A stretch of DNA of 64,000 nucleotides, from NCBI GenBank assembly GCA_017858255.1, contig JAFMBV010000010.1:1006-65005 (forward strand), written 5' to 3'. The position numbers and the translations under genes were made by a program. The stretch comes from Bacteriovoracaceae bacterium. Its GTDB lineage: Bacteria > Bdellovibrionota > Bacteriovoracia > Bacteriovoracales > Bacteriovoracaceae. Shown here piece after piece: positions 1-8,999 of the stretch; position 1 is the first letter of the stretch, and every line of letters starts with the position of its first letter. A model generated the notes under the pieces. It saw only the letters and a program-made list of their open reading frames with translations, was not told the DNA's origin and ran no database searches.

Positions 1-1195
1 TAAAAGACTTGTTAATGTTCTTCACGATTGCGTTAGAGTTTTGTTGAAAAAAATAATTTGTTGTAAAACCAAGAGAGCTCTCTAAAGGAAAAAGCATTCG
101 TTGCATATATTGCACATCTGTTGGGTCCCAGCCTTCATTACTCGCAATACCAATGGCCTTCTTAGCACCAGAATTATCACTCCAGCTTTTATCTCGGTAC
201 TCCTCCATCTTTTCAATCTGGAGAATTACTTCATCATTAGTATCAGCAACAATACGCCCGTAAAAAACATCTGGAAAAACATCCTGTGATCCTCCCATCG
301 TAAAATAAGGATAGTCACTTGGGGTTTTAGGATCGGAAGAAGTAGCAACACTTAATGCAGGTAGAATACCAGAGTGACCCATAAGCACAGTATATTGAAA
401 ACTAGAGCGCTTATACTCACTATGAATATAATTTTTAAGTCCTGTAGCATTTGTAGCAACATCTTCAAAGTAAACTAGCCGAACATTCAGACCCGACTCT
501 TCTTTGAATACCTTAAAGGCCTGAGCACCTTTACTTAAAACTTTTGGTGCTACGACTAACATAGAGTTATTAGTTGTCCCAACTGCCGTTGCCTTAAGGC
601 CAAATGGGTTATGAATTTCAACCTGAAGATCTTCATAAACAGATAGTCCATTAATGTTTTGTAAAATGGGCCGCACTACTACTTGAGTCAGTCTTTCTCC
701 ACGGAAATCCCCTAGATCAACCAATTCGACTAACTTGCCCTCATCTTGGTTATAGGCCTCAGCATTTACAGGATAAAGATTTTGATTGGCCTTTAAACTT
801 TTCTCACACCGACAAGGTTTGAGAGGAGCTGGCAAACTCTTGAGCCCCTTAAAGAAATGTTTTTTCTTAAAAGAAACATCTAGTTTTAAGTCTTCAGGCG
901 CCCCTTTTACTAAAAATGATTTATAGGGAAGTTGAGGCTTTCCCGGAGTCTGAGCATTCTTCAACCCATTAACTGAGAGCGAAACAAAATCCCCTCTTAA
1001 AGGAGATGCAATAGATTTCTCTGCCACAAACTTGGAAAACGTTGCGTAGAGTTTCCAGGTTTTGTCATTTTTATGAACTAGCTGTGAACGCTGCTTAACG
1101 TTAATACCCGAGCCTAAGTAATAAGTTTTAGCAAATATGGGGTTTAAAAATACAACAATTCCCACTAAGACAGAGAAGGTTCTGCAGTAACTCAT
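1..1195 (-). CDS. Gingipain-like cysteine peptidase, family C25 (N-terminal part; 3' end runs off the window)
   Basis: Absent from the ORF track because it is open at position 1. Hand translation from ATG at 1195 stays open to the window edge. It reads MSYCRTFSVLVGIVVFLNPIFA (signal peptide) ... YTVLMGHSGILP ... SDYPYF ... DVFPDVFYGRIVADT, resembling the C25 signature (LvGD..iP, sDxxY, D..pDv.GR). Confidence 0.7.
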   Translation of the reverse strand, partial: MSYCRTFSVLVGIVVFLNPIFAKTYYLGSGINVKQRSQLVHKNDKTWKLYATFSKFVAEKSIASPLRGDFVSLSVNGLKNAQTPGKPQLPYKSFLVKGAPEDLKLDVSFKKKHFFKGLKSLPAPLKPCRCEKSLKANQNLYPVNAEAYNQDEGKLVELVDLGDFRGERLTQVVVRPILQNINGLSVYEDLQVEIHNPFGLKATAVGTTNNSMLVVAPKVLSKGAQAFKVFKEESGLNVRLVYFEDVATNATGLKNYIHSEYKRSSFQYTVLMGHSGILPALSVATSSDPKTPSDYPYFTMGGSQDVFPDVFYGRIVADTNDEVILQIEKMEEYRDKSWSDNSGAKKAIGIASNEGWDPTDVQYMQRMLFPLESSLGFTTNYFFQQNSNAIVKNINKSF

Positions 1196-1406
1196 AGTCT
1201 ATTCCTTATTAAAGCGTATGAGAGACTCCTCGGTACATTGATTGCTTGCACGTAACGCAGAAAGACTAAATATAATTCCTAGGCAAAAAATGCGGAAACA
1301 AAATGAACTGATTAAGAAAACTAAACTGACAATTTCCGACGATTTAGATATAGGTTAGCTCTTAGTAAAAACCCCACCCACCGATAGACGATTAGGAATA
1401 AGCCTT

Positions 1407-2327
1407 ATGCCTTCCCTACTTAAAAACTTTCTCAGAAATACCTCGGTCATCTTCTTCTTACTTTGCGTATTTGGTTGTCAAAACGATGCCCCACTAGGAA
1501 CAAAAGATAACCCAGTTAAGCTTTATTTCACCCCTTCAGTGGATGCAGATACGATCTCTTCAAACTCTCGAGAGTTTATCGACTTTTTAGAAAAAGAAAC
1601 TGGCCTCATATTCAAAACAGGTATTCCAACCAACTACGTTGCAGTCGTTGAGGCATTTGGTTCTAAAAGAGCAGATATTGGTGTGATGAATTCATTTGGC
1701 TACCTTATGGCCAATGATAAGTACGGAGCATCGGCGAAGTTAAGAGTCCTAAGATATGGTCATGATTACTACCAAGGTCAAATTCTTGCCCATGTCGATT
1801 CAAACATTAATACAGTCTCCGATCTTGCTGGAAAAAAAATGGCATTCGTAGACCCTTCATCTACTTCAGGCTACATGTTTCCCCTTAAGATGATGAAAGA
1901 CGCTGGTATTGAACCGGGAAACACTACATTTGCTAATAAACACGACAATGTCGTTATAATGATTTACCAAAAACAGGTAGAAGCAGGTGCAACTTACTAC
2001 TCTGCTCCCAGTGAAGATGGAACAATTCGAGATGCACGCGCGCGAGTAAAAGTTCAATTTCCTGATGTAGAAGAGAAAATTAAAATCGTTACGACTACTG
2101 GAAAAATCCCCAATGACCCATTTGTATTCAGAAAGGATTTATCTAAAGAAATCACAGATAAGTTTATCGCTGCTGTTAAAAAGTTTATTGGTACTGAAAA
2201 GGGTAAAGAGATCTTTAAGCGGATTTACTCTGTTGAAGGTGTCGTTGATACAACAGATGCTGATTACGATAGTTTAAGAAGTATGGTTAAGGCCATCAAC
2301 TTGGATACCGCCTCCTTAGTAAAATAA
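1407..2327 (+). CDS. phnD: Phosphonate/phosphite ABC transporter substrate-binding lipoprotein (PhnD family)
   Basis: Lipobox LLCVFGC. 'NPVKLYFTPS...YVAVVEAFGSKRADIGVMNSFGYLMA' fits the PhnD-type binding-protein fold. phnC and phnE lie 1.2 kb downstream. Confidence 0.8.
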   Translation: MPSLLKNFLRNTSVIFFLLCVFGCQNDAPLGTKDNPVKLYFTPSVDADTISSNSREFIDFLEKETGLIFKTGIPTNYVAVVEAFGSKRADIGVMNSFGYLMANDKYGASAKLRVLRYGHDYYQGQILAHVDSNINTVSDLAGKKMAFVDPSSTSGYMFPLKMMKDAGIEPGNTTFANKHDNVVIMIYQKQVEAGATYYSAPSEDGTIRDARARVKVQFPDVEEKIKIVTTTGKIPNDPFVFRKDLSKEITDKFIAAVKKFIGTEKGKEIFKRIYSVEGVVDTTDADYDSLRSMVKAINLDTASLVK

Positions 2328-2349
2328 TAAAGAAATTAATATTTAGAAC

Positions 2350-2380
2350 AAAAAAAAGGTCCCCAAAGGGACCTTTTTTA
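2350..2380. terminator. Bidirectional intrinsic terminator between phnD and the convergent protease gene
   Basis: A-run, then GGTCCC-caaa-GGGACC (2358-2373), then T-run. The symmetric A/T flanks allow function on both strands. Confidence 0.75.
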
Positions 2381-2422
2381 TTATACGCCGAAATTCCTTT
2401 TCAGCTTTAACAAAGCTTCGTT

Positions 2423-3184
2423 CTAGTATGACAATAATGCTTCTTCTGCCAAACAAGTGCGAATTGCTTTCTTAAGATCTTCATTCTCTGAAATTACTGT
2501 AGCAGCGTTTGAGCCCCCACGAGTAGAACAGCCACCATTAGTGTGAATTGCAACGATCTTTTGATCACTCTCACGAATGATTGAAGAACCACTGTTTCCA
2601 CCCATAGTATCTGCTACATGGTACATAGTACTTCCACGAAATTTTACAACTTCACCAGTGTGAGTTTGTTGAGCAAGATTTCTATCTGGATCACTACGAT
2701 CTAGGCCATATCCAGTAATTCTTACGACTGTCCCGGAGTTTGGCTTATTAAACTCAACGTCATAAGAACCTTGTACGTCACCAGCAAATAGTCCTGTCAC
2801 AGGATTAGCTTTTACTCTTACAACGGCCCAATCGTCTCCAAGACCAGTGTAAGTATATTCTGTTGCAGCTTTATCAATAGGGTAAATATCTTCTTCAGCG
2901 GGGTGTTGAATACTTCCTCCTATACTTGGAGGTGTATTAAACTCAGCAAAACCAAAAGTTCCACTACAATGCCCTGCAGAAATACCACAAGTTTTACTGA
3001 TCATAGTAACTGTACAACCACCACCATCTGTTCTTTGACCGAGTAAGCGGCCAATACTTGGAAGTGACGAAGGAACTCTGTCATCTACACCACAAATTGA
3101 TTTTTCATTTGCCATTACGCCAGACGTCATTACTGGTGTAAGAAGAATTGCCGCTACGAGGCTGCCGATGCCTTTGATATTCAT
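2423..3184 (-). CDS. Secreted trypsin-like (S1 family) serine endopeptidase
   Basis: Signal peptide. Catalytic triad motifs 'ISAGHC' (His), 'DDWAVVRV' (Asp) and 'GGNSGSS' (Ser). RBS GGGAGGAAG upstream of the ATG. Confidence 0.85.
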   Translation of the reverse strand: MNIKGIGSLVAAILLTPVMTSGVMANEKSICGVDDRVPSSLPSIGRLLGQRTDGGGCTVTMISKTCGISAGHCSGTFGFAEFNTPPSIGGSIQHPAEEDIYPIDKAATEYTYTGLGDDWAVVRVKANPVTGLFAGDVQGSYDVEFNKPNSGTVVRITGYGLDRSDPDRNLAQQTHTGEVVKFRGSTMYHVADTMGGNSGSSIIRESDQKIVAIHTNGGCSTRGGSNAATVISENEDLKKAIRTCLAEEALLSY

Positions 3185-3505
3185 ACTTCCTCCCTGAAGT
3201 TTCTTTTTAATTAAGAACTGTTAATAGGTTAAGGTGCGTAAAAACACTCTGGCGACTGACAACTTCTTACCCGAAAACAAAAGATTCTCGCCAAAATTAT
3301 GACAGAGGCCTTCTTCCTTGCGATTAGCTCAAATCGCCTCCAGAAAGAAGAATAAGAGAATCGTGGACAATTAAAACCGACTCTTTTACTATGCTTATCA
3401 CAACTAAATGTAAGAAATTGTTGATTAGTGATGGTCTTAATGTTTCCAAAATTAACTCGGTAACAGTGGGCAATCCTTAAAAATTACAAATTCAGGAACA
3501 AGTTT

Positions 3506-4276
3506 ATGACCCAAAAAATTCTTGAAGTGGAAAAACTTAACAAGGTTTATCCAAACGGTACTCATGCACTAAGAGGCGTAAGCTTTGATGTTAACAGAGG
3601 TGAATTCCTCGTCGTCATTGGTCTCTCTGGCTCTGGGAAGTCCACCCTTCTTCGCTGTATTAATCGTTTACACGAACCAACCACGGGAAAAATCCTTTTT
3701 GAAGGGAATGACATTACCAATATAAAGGGCAAGCCCCTTAGAAGTTTGCGCTCACGTATTGGGATGATCTTTCAACACTTCAATCTTATTCCTAGAAAAA
3801 CGGTACTTACAAATGTTCTTACCGGAACACTTGCAAGAACTGGGATTGTAAAATCAATCTTCGGAATCTTTCCAGACGAAGAAAGAAAGAAGGCCATGGA
3901 TCTCATTGCTCTCGTTGGTCTTACTGGTAAAGAAAATAGACGTGCTGATAATCTCTCTGGTGGTCAACAGCAAAGAGTCGCCATCGCTCGTGCCTTAATG
4001 CAAAACCCTAGTATTCTACTTGCTGACGAGCCTGTTGCCTCTTTAGACCCAGCAACAAGTCACTCGGTCATGCAATATCTTAAGAAGGTAAATGAAGAAC
4101 TTGGGGTTACCATTATTTGTAACCTCCACTTTCTCTCGCTCGTTCGCCAATATGCGACTCGTGTAATAGCCCTTAAAGATGGAATTTTGATCTATGAAGG
4201 AAACCCATCTGAAATTGATGAGAACTGGTTTCAAACCATCTATGGTGAAGACGCTGTAGAAGTTACTATCGATTAA
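3506..4276 (+). CDS. phnC: Phosphonate ABC transporter ATP-binding protein
   Basis: Walker A 'GLSGSGKST', ABC signature 'LSGGQQQRVAIARAL', Walker B 'LLADEP'. N-terminal 'LEVEKLNKVYPNGTHALRGVSF' is typical of PhnC. Confidence 0.9.
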   Translation: MTQKILEVEKLNKVYPNGTHALRGVSFDVNRGEFLVVIGLSGSGKSTLLRCINRLHEPTTGKILFEGNDITNIKGKPLRSLRSRIGMIFQHFNLIPRKTVLTNVLTGTLARTGIVKSIFGIFPDEERKKAMDLIALVGLTGKENRRADNLSGGQQQRVAIARALMQNPSILLADEPVASLDPATSHSVMQYLKKVNEELGVTIICNLHFLSLVRQYATRVIALKDGILIYEGNPSEIDENWFQTIYGEDAVEVTID

Positions 4277-4320
4277 TTTGACTCAAGAAAAACTCAAGTG
4301 AGAAACTGAAGAGAGTACCT

Positions 4321-5394
4321 ATGAAAGCAACACAAGAGACACTTCAACTTACATCTGAACCAAAAGGTCTTGCTCAGATGAAAAAAGTCATGACTGCCTA
4401 TGCAATTGACTTGATTCACTGGGCGTACATAACTCTCGTCACTTATAAAATCATTTATCAAAAAATAATCATGGATTTAAGAAATCCAGATTTTTCTTGG
4501 AATGAGCCCGTTTACGCATTGGCGATGGGTGCCTTACTTGCAATTGCCTTCTTCTTCACCAAACTATCACTTGGCCGTGCGGTAAAAGGACTTTATGACC
4601 TAGATGAAAACCAAGGTGTTTTAAGAGAGCCGTTTACCATATTGGGCTATTTTACACTCTTTCTTACTTTCATAGCTGGTCTCTTTATTTCGCAAGTCTC
4701 TATCAGAGAGTTCTTGTCTGAGGCAGGACTTCTTGGAGCGAAGAGAATATTTACGGCACTTCTACATCCTAACTTCGGTATTATCGAGCCCGCAATCTTT
4801 GCTGCTATTGAAACTATTTATATGGCCTTTATTGCCACAATCATCGCCTTGCCTTTTGCTTTTACCCTCGGCTTTTTTGCCGCGAGAAACTTAATGAATG
4901 GCTCACCTCTATTTTTCTTTCTCTATAATCTGACTCGCTTTTTCTTAAATATGACTCGCTCAATAGAGCCATTAGTTTGGGCCATTATCTTCTCTGTTTG
5001 GGTTGGAATTGGTCCTTTTGCCGGGATGCTTGCACTATGTCTCCATTCAGTTTCTTCCCTTGCAAAACTATACTCGGAGCAAATTGAAAATATCTCCGAT
5101 GGTCCTATTGAAGCGATGACTGCAACAGGCGCTCACCCCATTCAAATAATATGGTTTGGTGTTGTCCCACAAATTATTCTTCCCTACCTCTCTTTTACAA
5201 TTTATCGTTGGGACATCAACGTTCGTATGGCGACTGTTATTGGTCTCGTCGGAGGCGGCGGTATTGGTACCATGCTTATGCAGTACCAAGGACTAGCGAA
5301 GTGGAATGAAGTTGGCCTGCTTGCCATAACCATTGCCGCTATTGTCTGGGTTATGGACTACTCATCCTCTAAAATTAGAGAAGCAATAAAGTAG
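4321..5394 (+). CDS. phnE: Phosphonate ABC transporter permease (PhnE family) with an N-terminal extension
   Basis: Polytopic membrane protein immediately after phnC. The C-terminal half ('IEAMTATGAHPIQIIWFGVVPQILP...YRWDINVRMATVIGLVGGGGIG') matches the PhnE core. The start codon is uncertain. Confidence 0.8.
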   Translation: MKATQETLQLTSEPKGLAQMKKVMTAYAIDLIHWAYITLVTYKIIYQKIIMDLRNPDFSWNEPVYALAMGALLAIAFFFTKLSLGRAVKGLYDLDENQGVLREPFTILGYFTLFLTFIAGLFISQVSIREFLSEAGLLGAKRIFTALLHPNFGIIEPAIFAAIETIYMAFIATIIALPFAFTLGFFAARNLMNGSPLFFFLYNLTRFFLNMTRSIEPLVWAIIFSVWVGIGPFAGMLALCLHSVSSLAKLYSEQIENISDGPIEAMTATGAHPIQIIWFGVVPQIILPYLSFTIYRWDINVRMATVIGLVGGGGIGTMLMQYQGLAKWNEVGLLAITIAAIVWVMDYSSSKIREAIK

Positions 5395-5423
5395 TTAATA
5401 ACATACATAAAAACAATATCTTA

Positions 5424-5449
5424 GGGCCCTTCAAAGGCCCTTTTTTTTT
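5424..5449 (+). terminator. Intrinsic terminator after phnE
   Basis: GGGCC-cttcaaa-GGCCC followed by a run of nine T. Confidence 0.7.
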
Positions 5450-5493
5450 CTAAATATCTAAGATTTAACCTTAGGTAATCCGATAAGTTACCT

Positions 5494-6624
5494 ATGAATT
5501 ACCTAAAGATAATTTCATTTGTGCTTGGCTATTTAATCTCTCTTACCGTTAGCAGTAACGATAATTTAGACCGAGAAAGATTGAATAACTTGTTACGCGC
5601 CCCTCTTGGTGGAATATCAAATGGTGTTTGGAGTAGCGCCTTAACATCTTATCTTTCTCAATGTGAAGGAGACTGTCCTTGCGCCTTAGTTATCGCTGAG
5701 GGCGACAGTGGAGATAAGCATTCTACAGATATGTGGATTGGAACATTTAAAGATGGTCAACCTACTGAGCTGTGGGCAGGTAGAAGTGCTAGGCATGCAG
5801 GAGAGAATACAGTAAATGTCAGCATGAGCACTGACCGCTGTAAAACAAGAAATGGTGTAGCGGAAGTTAGAGGCAATCAAGCATGCATTCCTAATAGAGC
5901 TTGTCGTCCAGCTTCTGTTTATAGGGCGCTCATTCGTGAGCTCGGTCTGCCAGATGGAGTCGCTTTAACTTCATTTTATTTTAGTACCCCAATGCAAAAT
6001 GAAATGTATAAGTTTCATGATTTTTACGCCTGTTCCGAATCTCGCTGTCCAAGTACTTTGGGTTGCTTGGGTTTAGAAAGACAATCTATGAAGGCCTTAT
6101 GCTTAAATCATATGGGTTCAAATGGAAGTAATGGAATCGACGCGCCAGAGAGAGGTGGGGTTTGGCTCTACTTTCACAACACGGGCCGACCTCAAAGTAA
6201 TTCAGGTTCTGAAGCTCAAGCTGCAAGAGGATTGGCCAATCTGGCAAACGGCAAATGTTCAAATGTTTCAACTGCTCACCTTTCGTCAGGTCAAATAATG
6301 TCTCCCACAAGTATTTTGGCGACCAATAGAGGTTCTCGATCCTCCGGGCGTGGCCCCGCCTCGAGTAGTGGAGGTGGCGGATACGCGGCCATGCAGCAAG
6401 GCCTACAAGGTGTGCAACAAATTGGGACTGCATATCAACCACAAGATGAAAAAGAAGAAGAAGAAGGAAGTCAACAAGAACGGGAATCTTTTGAGGTCAT
6501 CTCAAATCAATGCGCAGAAACCACAAGCAAAGCGTGTCCTAATGTAGCAAATACAACCATTAGAGATTATTGCCGAGACGTTGAACGCTATGACAGAAGG
6601 GCCTGTGAATTTGAAGAAAAATAA
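5494..6624 (+). CDS. Secreted cysteine-rich protein of unknown function
   Basis: Long ORF with an N-terminal signal-like segment, about 15 Cys in clusters ('CEGDCPC', 'ACIPNRAC'), a Gly/Ser-rich linker and an acidic patch. I recognise no family. Confidence 0.6.
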   Translation: MNYLKIISFVLGYLISLTVSSNDNLDRERLNNLLRAPLGGISNGVWSSALTSYLSQCEGDCPCALVIAEGDSGDKHSTDMWIGTFKDGQPTELWAGRSARHAGENTVNVSMSTDRCKTRNGVAEVRGNQACIPNRACRPASVYRALIRELGLPDGVALTSFYFSTPMQNEMYKFHDFYACSESRCPSTLGCLGLERQSMKALCLNHMGSNGSNGIDAPERGGVWLYFHNTGRPQSNSGSEAQAARGLANLANGKCSNVSTAHLSSGQIMSPTSILATNRGSRSSGRGPASSSGGGGYAAMQQGLQGVQQIGTAYQPQDEKEEEEGSQQERESFEVISNQCAETTSKACPNVANTTIRDYCRDVERYDRRACEFEEK

Positions 6625-6627
6625 AAA

Positions 6628-8256
6628 ATGAAGAATAACACAAATATAAATTTCATTATCTACTCATTTTTGATTTTCCAAATGGAATCTGTCTTCTCAC
6701 TACAGCTTGGTTCAGAAAGGTTTCAAGATTTCACTCAAGGAACGACTGATTACGGTATTCTTGTGGATATGGGAAATAACCCAGAGATTTCAAGCAATAT
6801 GTATTTTACTGATACTAACTTCGTCAGTGGAATTGCCCCCCATGCCTTTCCAAATGGCTCAGGTGAAAAATACTTCGTCGCCAATATGATGAACTTTCAA
6901 GGCAACTATGTCATGGCCGGTGCCAAGTCAGACCCAAGAAGTAGTGCCTTCATTATGAACTCAATGGATCGCCTCCTGACAAATCCCCAAGCAGAAATAG
7001 AACTATCAGAGGGACTAACAGCAAGTAAACTGTCAGCTGCGCAGGCAGGAGAAAATGCGCAGAGGTATATTGTCCCCGAGATTATCACTCCTGAAGTTGG
7101 TTACTACCAAACAGCAGATAACCAACAGTCATTTGAATCAGCTTATGAAAATGTCCTTCTAGGGCAGGCCGAAGAAGCTCTCTTCAAAGGAGATGAGAGT
7201 GATTCAATCGCCTACTTTCAAGAAAAAGTTGCTAATTACAAAGAAAGTGAAGACAAGCAAAACGAAGCGCGTGGTTATCAAAGAGATGGTCTAATGAGGT
7301 CAAAGAAGACCGCTGAAACTTTTCGAGACTTTTTTCAAATGAAGGCGTCAATATCTGACACAAATCTCCAGGCCATGCCAACTCAAGAGAGCATCCTCAA
7401 TAACTGTAAGGCGAATACGCCTCGTGGAGAAAATCTTCAGGCCATCTATAACTCTTCTATGCCACAAGATGAAATTGCCTTTTATAACTTTCCTCCTCCC
7501 CAGTATGATTTTGATTTTTGTGAACAATATCTTCATAACGAAAACTCTTTTCTCATAAGAAATAGACCGGTGCGAACCCAACTTAATACTCTTGTTGAGG
7601 ATTCAACGAATATGGCCGAGGGTCTTGATGAAATCTCAAGAGAGCTGAGTAACCGTAATTTATCATTAGAAGACATCGCCAACTTATTATCAAATAATGA
7701 AGCATGGAAAACCTTGGCCGAAAGATCCAAGGCGTATAAAGAATGTGGTGAAAAAAACTGTCTTGCTCCAGCAGAAAAAACTCTTGGCGACTTAGTTAAC
7801 TTTCCAGGAGCAGAGAACCATCATAGTCCAGAGCGAAAGGAGATTAGAAAACTCTTATCGATGATCAAGGAATCAGGAAAAATGCCAGGCCAAGAATCAT
7901 CTTTCATAAAGTCTCTTAAAGAAAAAACTGCTTCCATAAACTCGCGACATAGAGATGGCCTAAAAAATCTGAGTTCTAACAGAAATAAATCCCCCAAAAT
8001 TGGAGGCCTTTACGATCCCCAAGACCAGAGCGACCTAGAGACTCGACAAGAAAGAGACCTCGCCTCCGTTAAGATAGGCGACGATAATGTCTATAGAGGA
8101 AAACGCTCCCCGCGCGGCGGAGGTTATTTTCGCGGCGAAAAAGGCGTTCTAAGAGGCCCAAGTGGTAAACCTGTCCAAGGGTATGCCGCCCCTCATAATG
8201 TCGATCTCTTTGAAATCATAAGCCGTAGATACCACATAAAGATGCTTTCCCAATAG
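6628..8256 (+). CDS. Secreted protein of unknown function, translationally linked to the preceding gene
   Basis: ATG lies 4 nt after the upstream stop. Hydrophobic N terminus. 542 aa with no recognisable motif. Confidence 0.6.
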   Translation: MKNNTNINFIIYSFLIFQMESVFSLQLGSERFQDFTQGTTDYGILVDMGNNPEISSNMYFTDTNFVSGIAPHAFPNGSGEKYFVANMMNFQGNYVMAGAKSDPRSSAFIMNSMDRLLTNPQAEIELSEGLTASKLSAAQAGENAQRYIVPEIITPEVGYYQTADNQQSFESAYENVLLGQAEEALFKGDESDSIAYFQEKVANYKESEDKQNEARGYQRDGLMRSKKTAETFRDFFQMKASISDTNLQAMPTQESILNNCKANTPRGENLQAIYNSSMPQDEIAFYNFPPPQYDFDFCEQYLHNENSFLIRNRPVRTQLNTLVEDSTNMAEGLDEISRELSNRNLSLEDIANLLSNNEAWKTLAERSKAYKECGEKNCLAPAEKTLGDLVNFPGAENHHSPERKEIRKLLSMIKESGKMPGQESSFIKSLKEKTASINSRHRDGLKNLSSNRNKSPKIGGLYDPQDQSDLETRQERDLASVKIGDDNVYRGKRSPRGGGYFRGEKGVLRGPSGKPVQGYAAPHNVDLFEIISRRYHIKMLSQ

Positions 8257-8496
8257 TTAAGTCGTGCCTATTAAGACCCTGCCCACTACCCCATAAAATG
8301 ATACATGAGACATATTCCTAATCTGAATACTTCTTTTCCATTTAATTTCCTATAAAGGACTCCAGCGGAAAAAGGAGATCATTCTTTGTCCGTTAACAGA
8401 GTTAACCTCAGGTTATGGCTCGCGTGATTTTATTTCATTTTTAGAATCCCAAAAGGATCCTTATAAATAGATCACCACAAACCCTTTGGAGGAGTT

Positions 8497-8976
8497 ATGA
8501 AATTTAAAAAATGGACATCAGTTATCAGTTTTTTTGCCCTTTTATGGAGCACACTCGCCTTTGGTCAAGTTGACCGTAATAGTGCGGCCTACAACTTAGA
8601 AGCAGGCCTGGCCCTTAAAGGCTACGACCCTGTCTCCTATTTTGCAGAAGGTGGATCCCTTCCTCAAAAAGGAAAAAGCAGTCTATCTCTAGAACATAAA
8701 GGTGTTACCTACTTCTTTGCTAGCAATGACAATAGAGAAGTTTTTAAAACAATTCCAGAGAGATATGAACCTACTTATGGTGGTTTTTGTGCTTGGGCAA
8801 TGGCCAATGGATCGGCGATTGATATTATTCCTGAGATTTTCACAATCAATGGAAACCGTTTGCACCTATTCTTTTCAAAACGTGCAAAACGAAATTTTGA
8901 CAGAGATGTAACCAAGTACGAAGGCAAAGCAGATTCGAACTGGAAGAGTCTCTCTGGTGAATCACCAAGACTTTAA
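8497..8976 (+). CDS. Exported YHS-domain protein
   Basis: RBS GGAGGAG. Signal peptide 'FFALLWSTLAFG'. 'LKGYDPVSYF' and 'YEPTYGGFCAWAM' are the motifs I associate with the YHS-domain (seleno)protein family. Here the codon is TGT (Cys). Confidence 0.7.
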   Translation: MKFKKWTSVISFFALLWSTLAFGQVDRNSAAYNLEAGLALKGYDPVSYFAEGGSLPQKGKSSLSLEHKGVTYFFASNDNREVFKTIPERYEPTYGGFCAWAMANGSAIDIIPEIFTINGNRLHLFFSKRAKRNFDRDVTKYEGKADSNWKSLSGESPRL

Positions 8977-8999
8977 AATTTAAAAGAATGAGGTGGAAA

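Noticed and set aside
3299-3305. CTGTCAT (on the minus strand) in the phnC upstream region, resembling half of an E. coli Pho box.
   Set aside because: Only one half-site is present. The expected second CTGTCA(T/C) 11 bp away is missing, and the PhoB motif in this lineage is unknown.
8771-8800. Possible selenocysteine codon in the YHS-family protein, since some homologues are selenoproteins.
   Set aside because: The codon in 'GGFCAWAM' is TGT (Cys), and the frame has no in-frame TGA.
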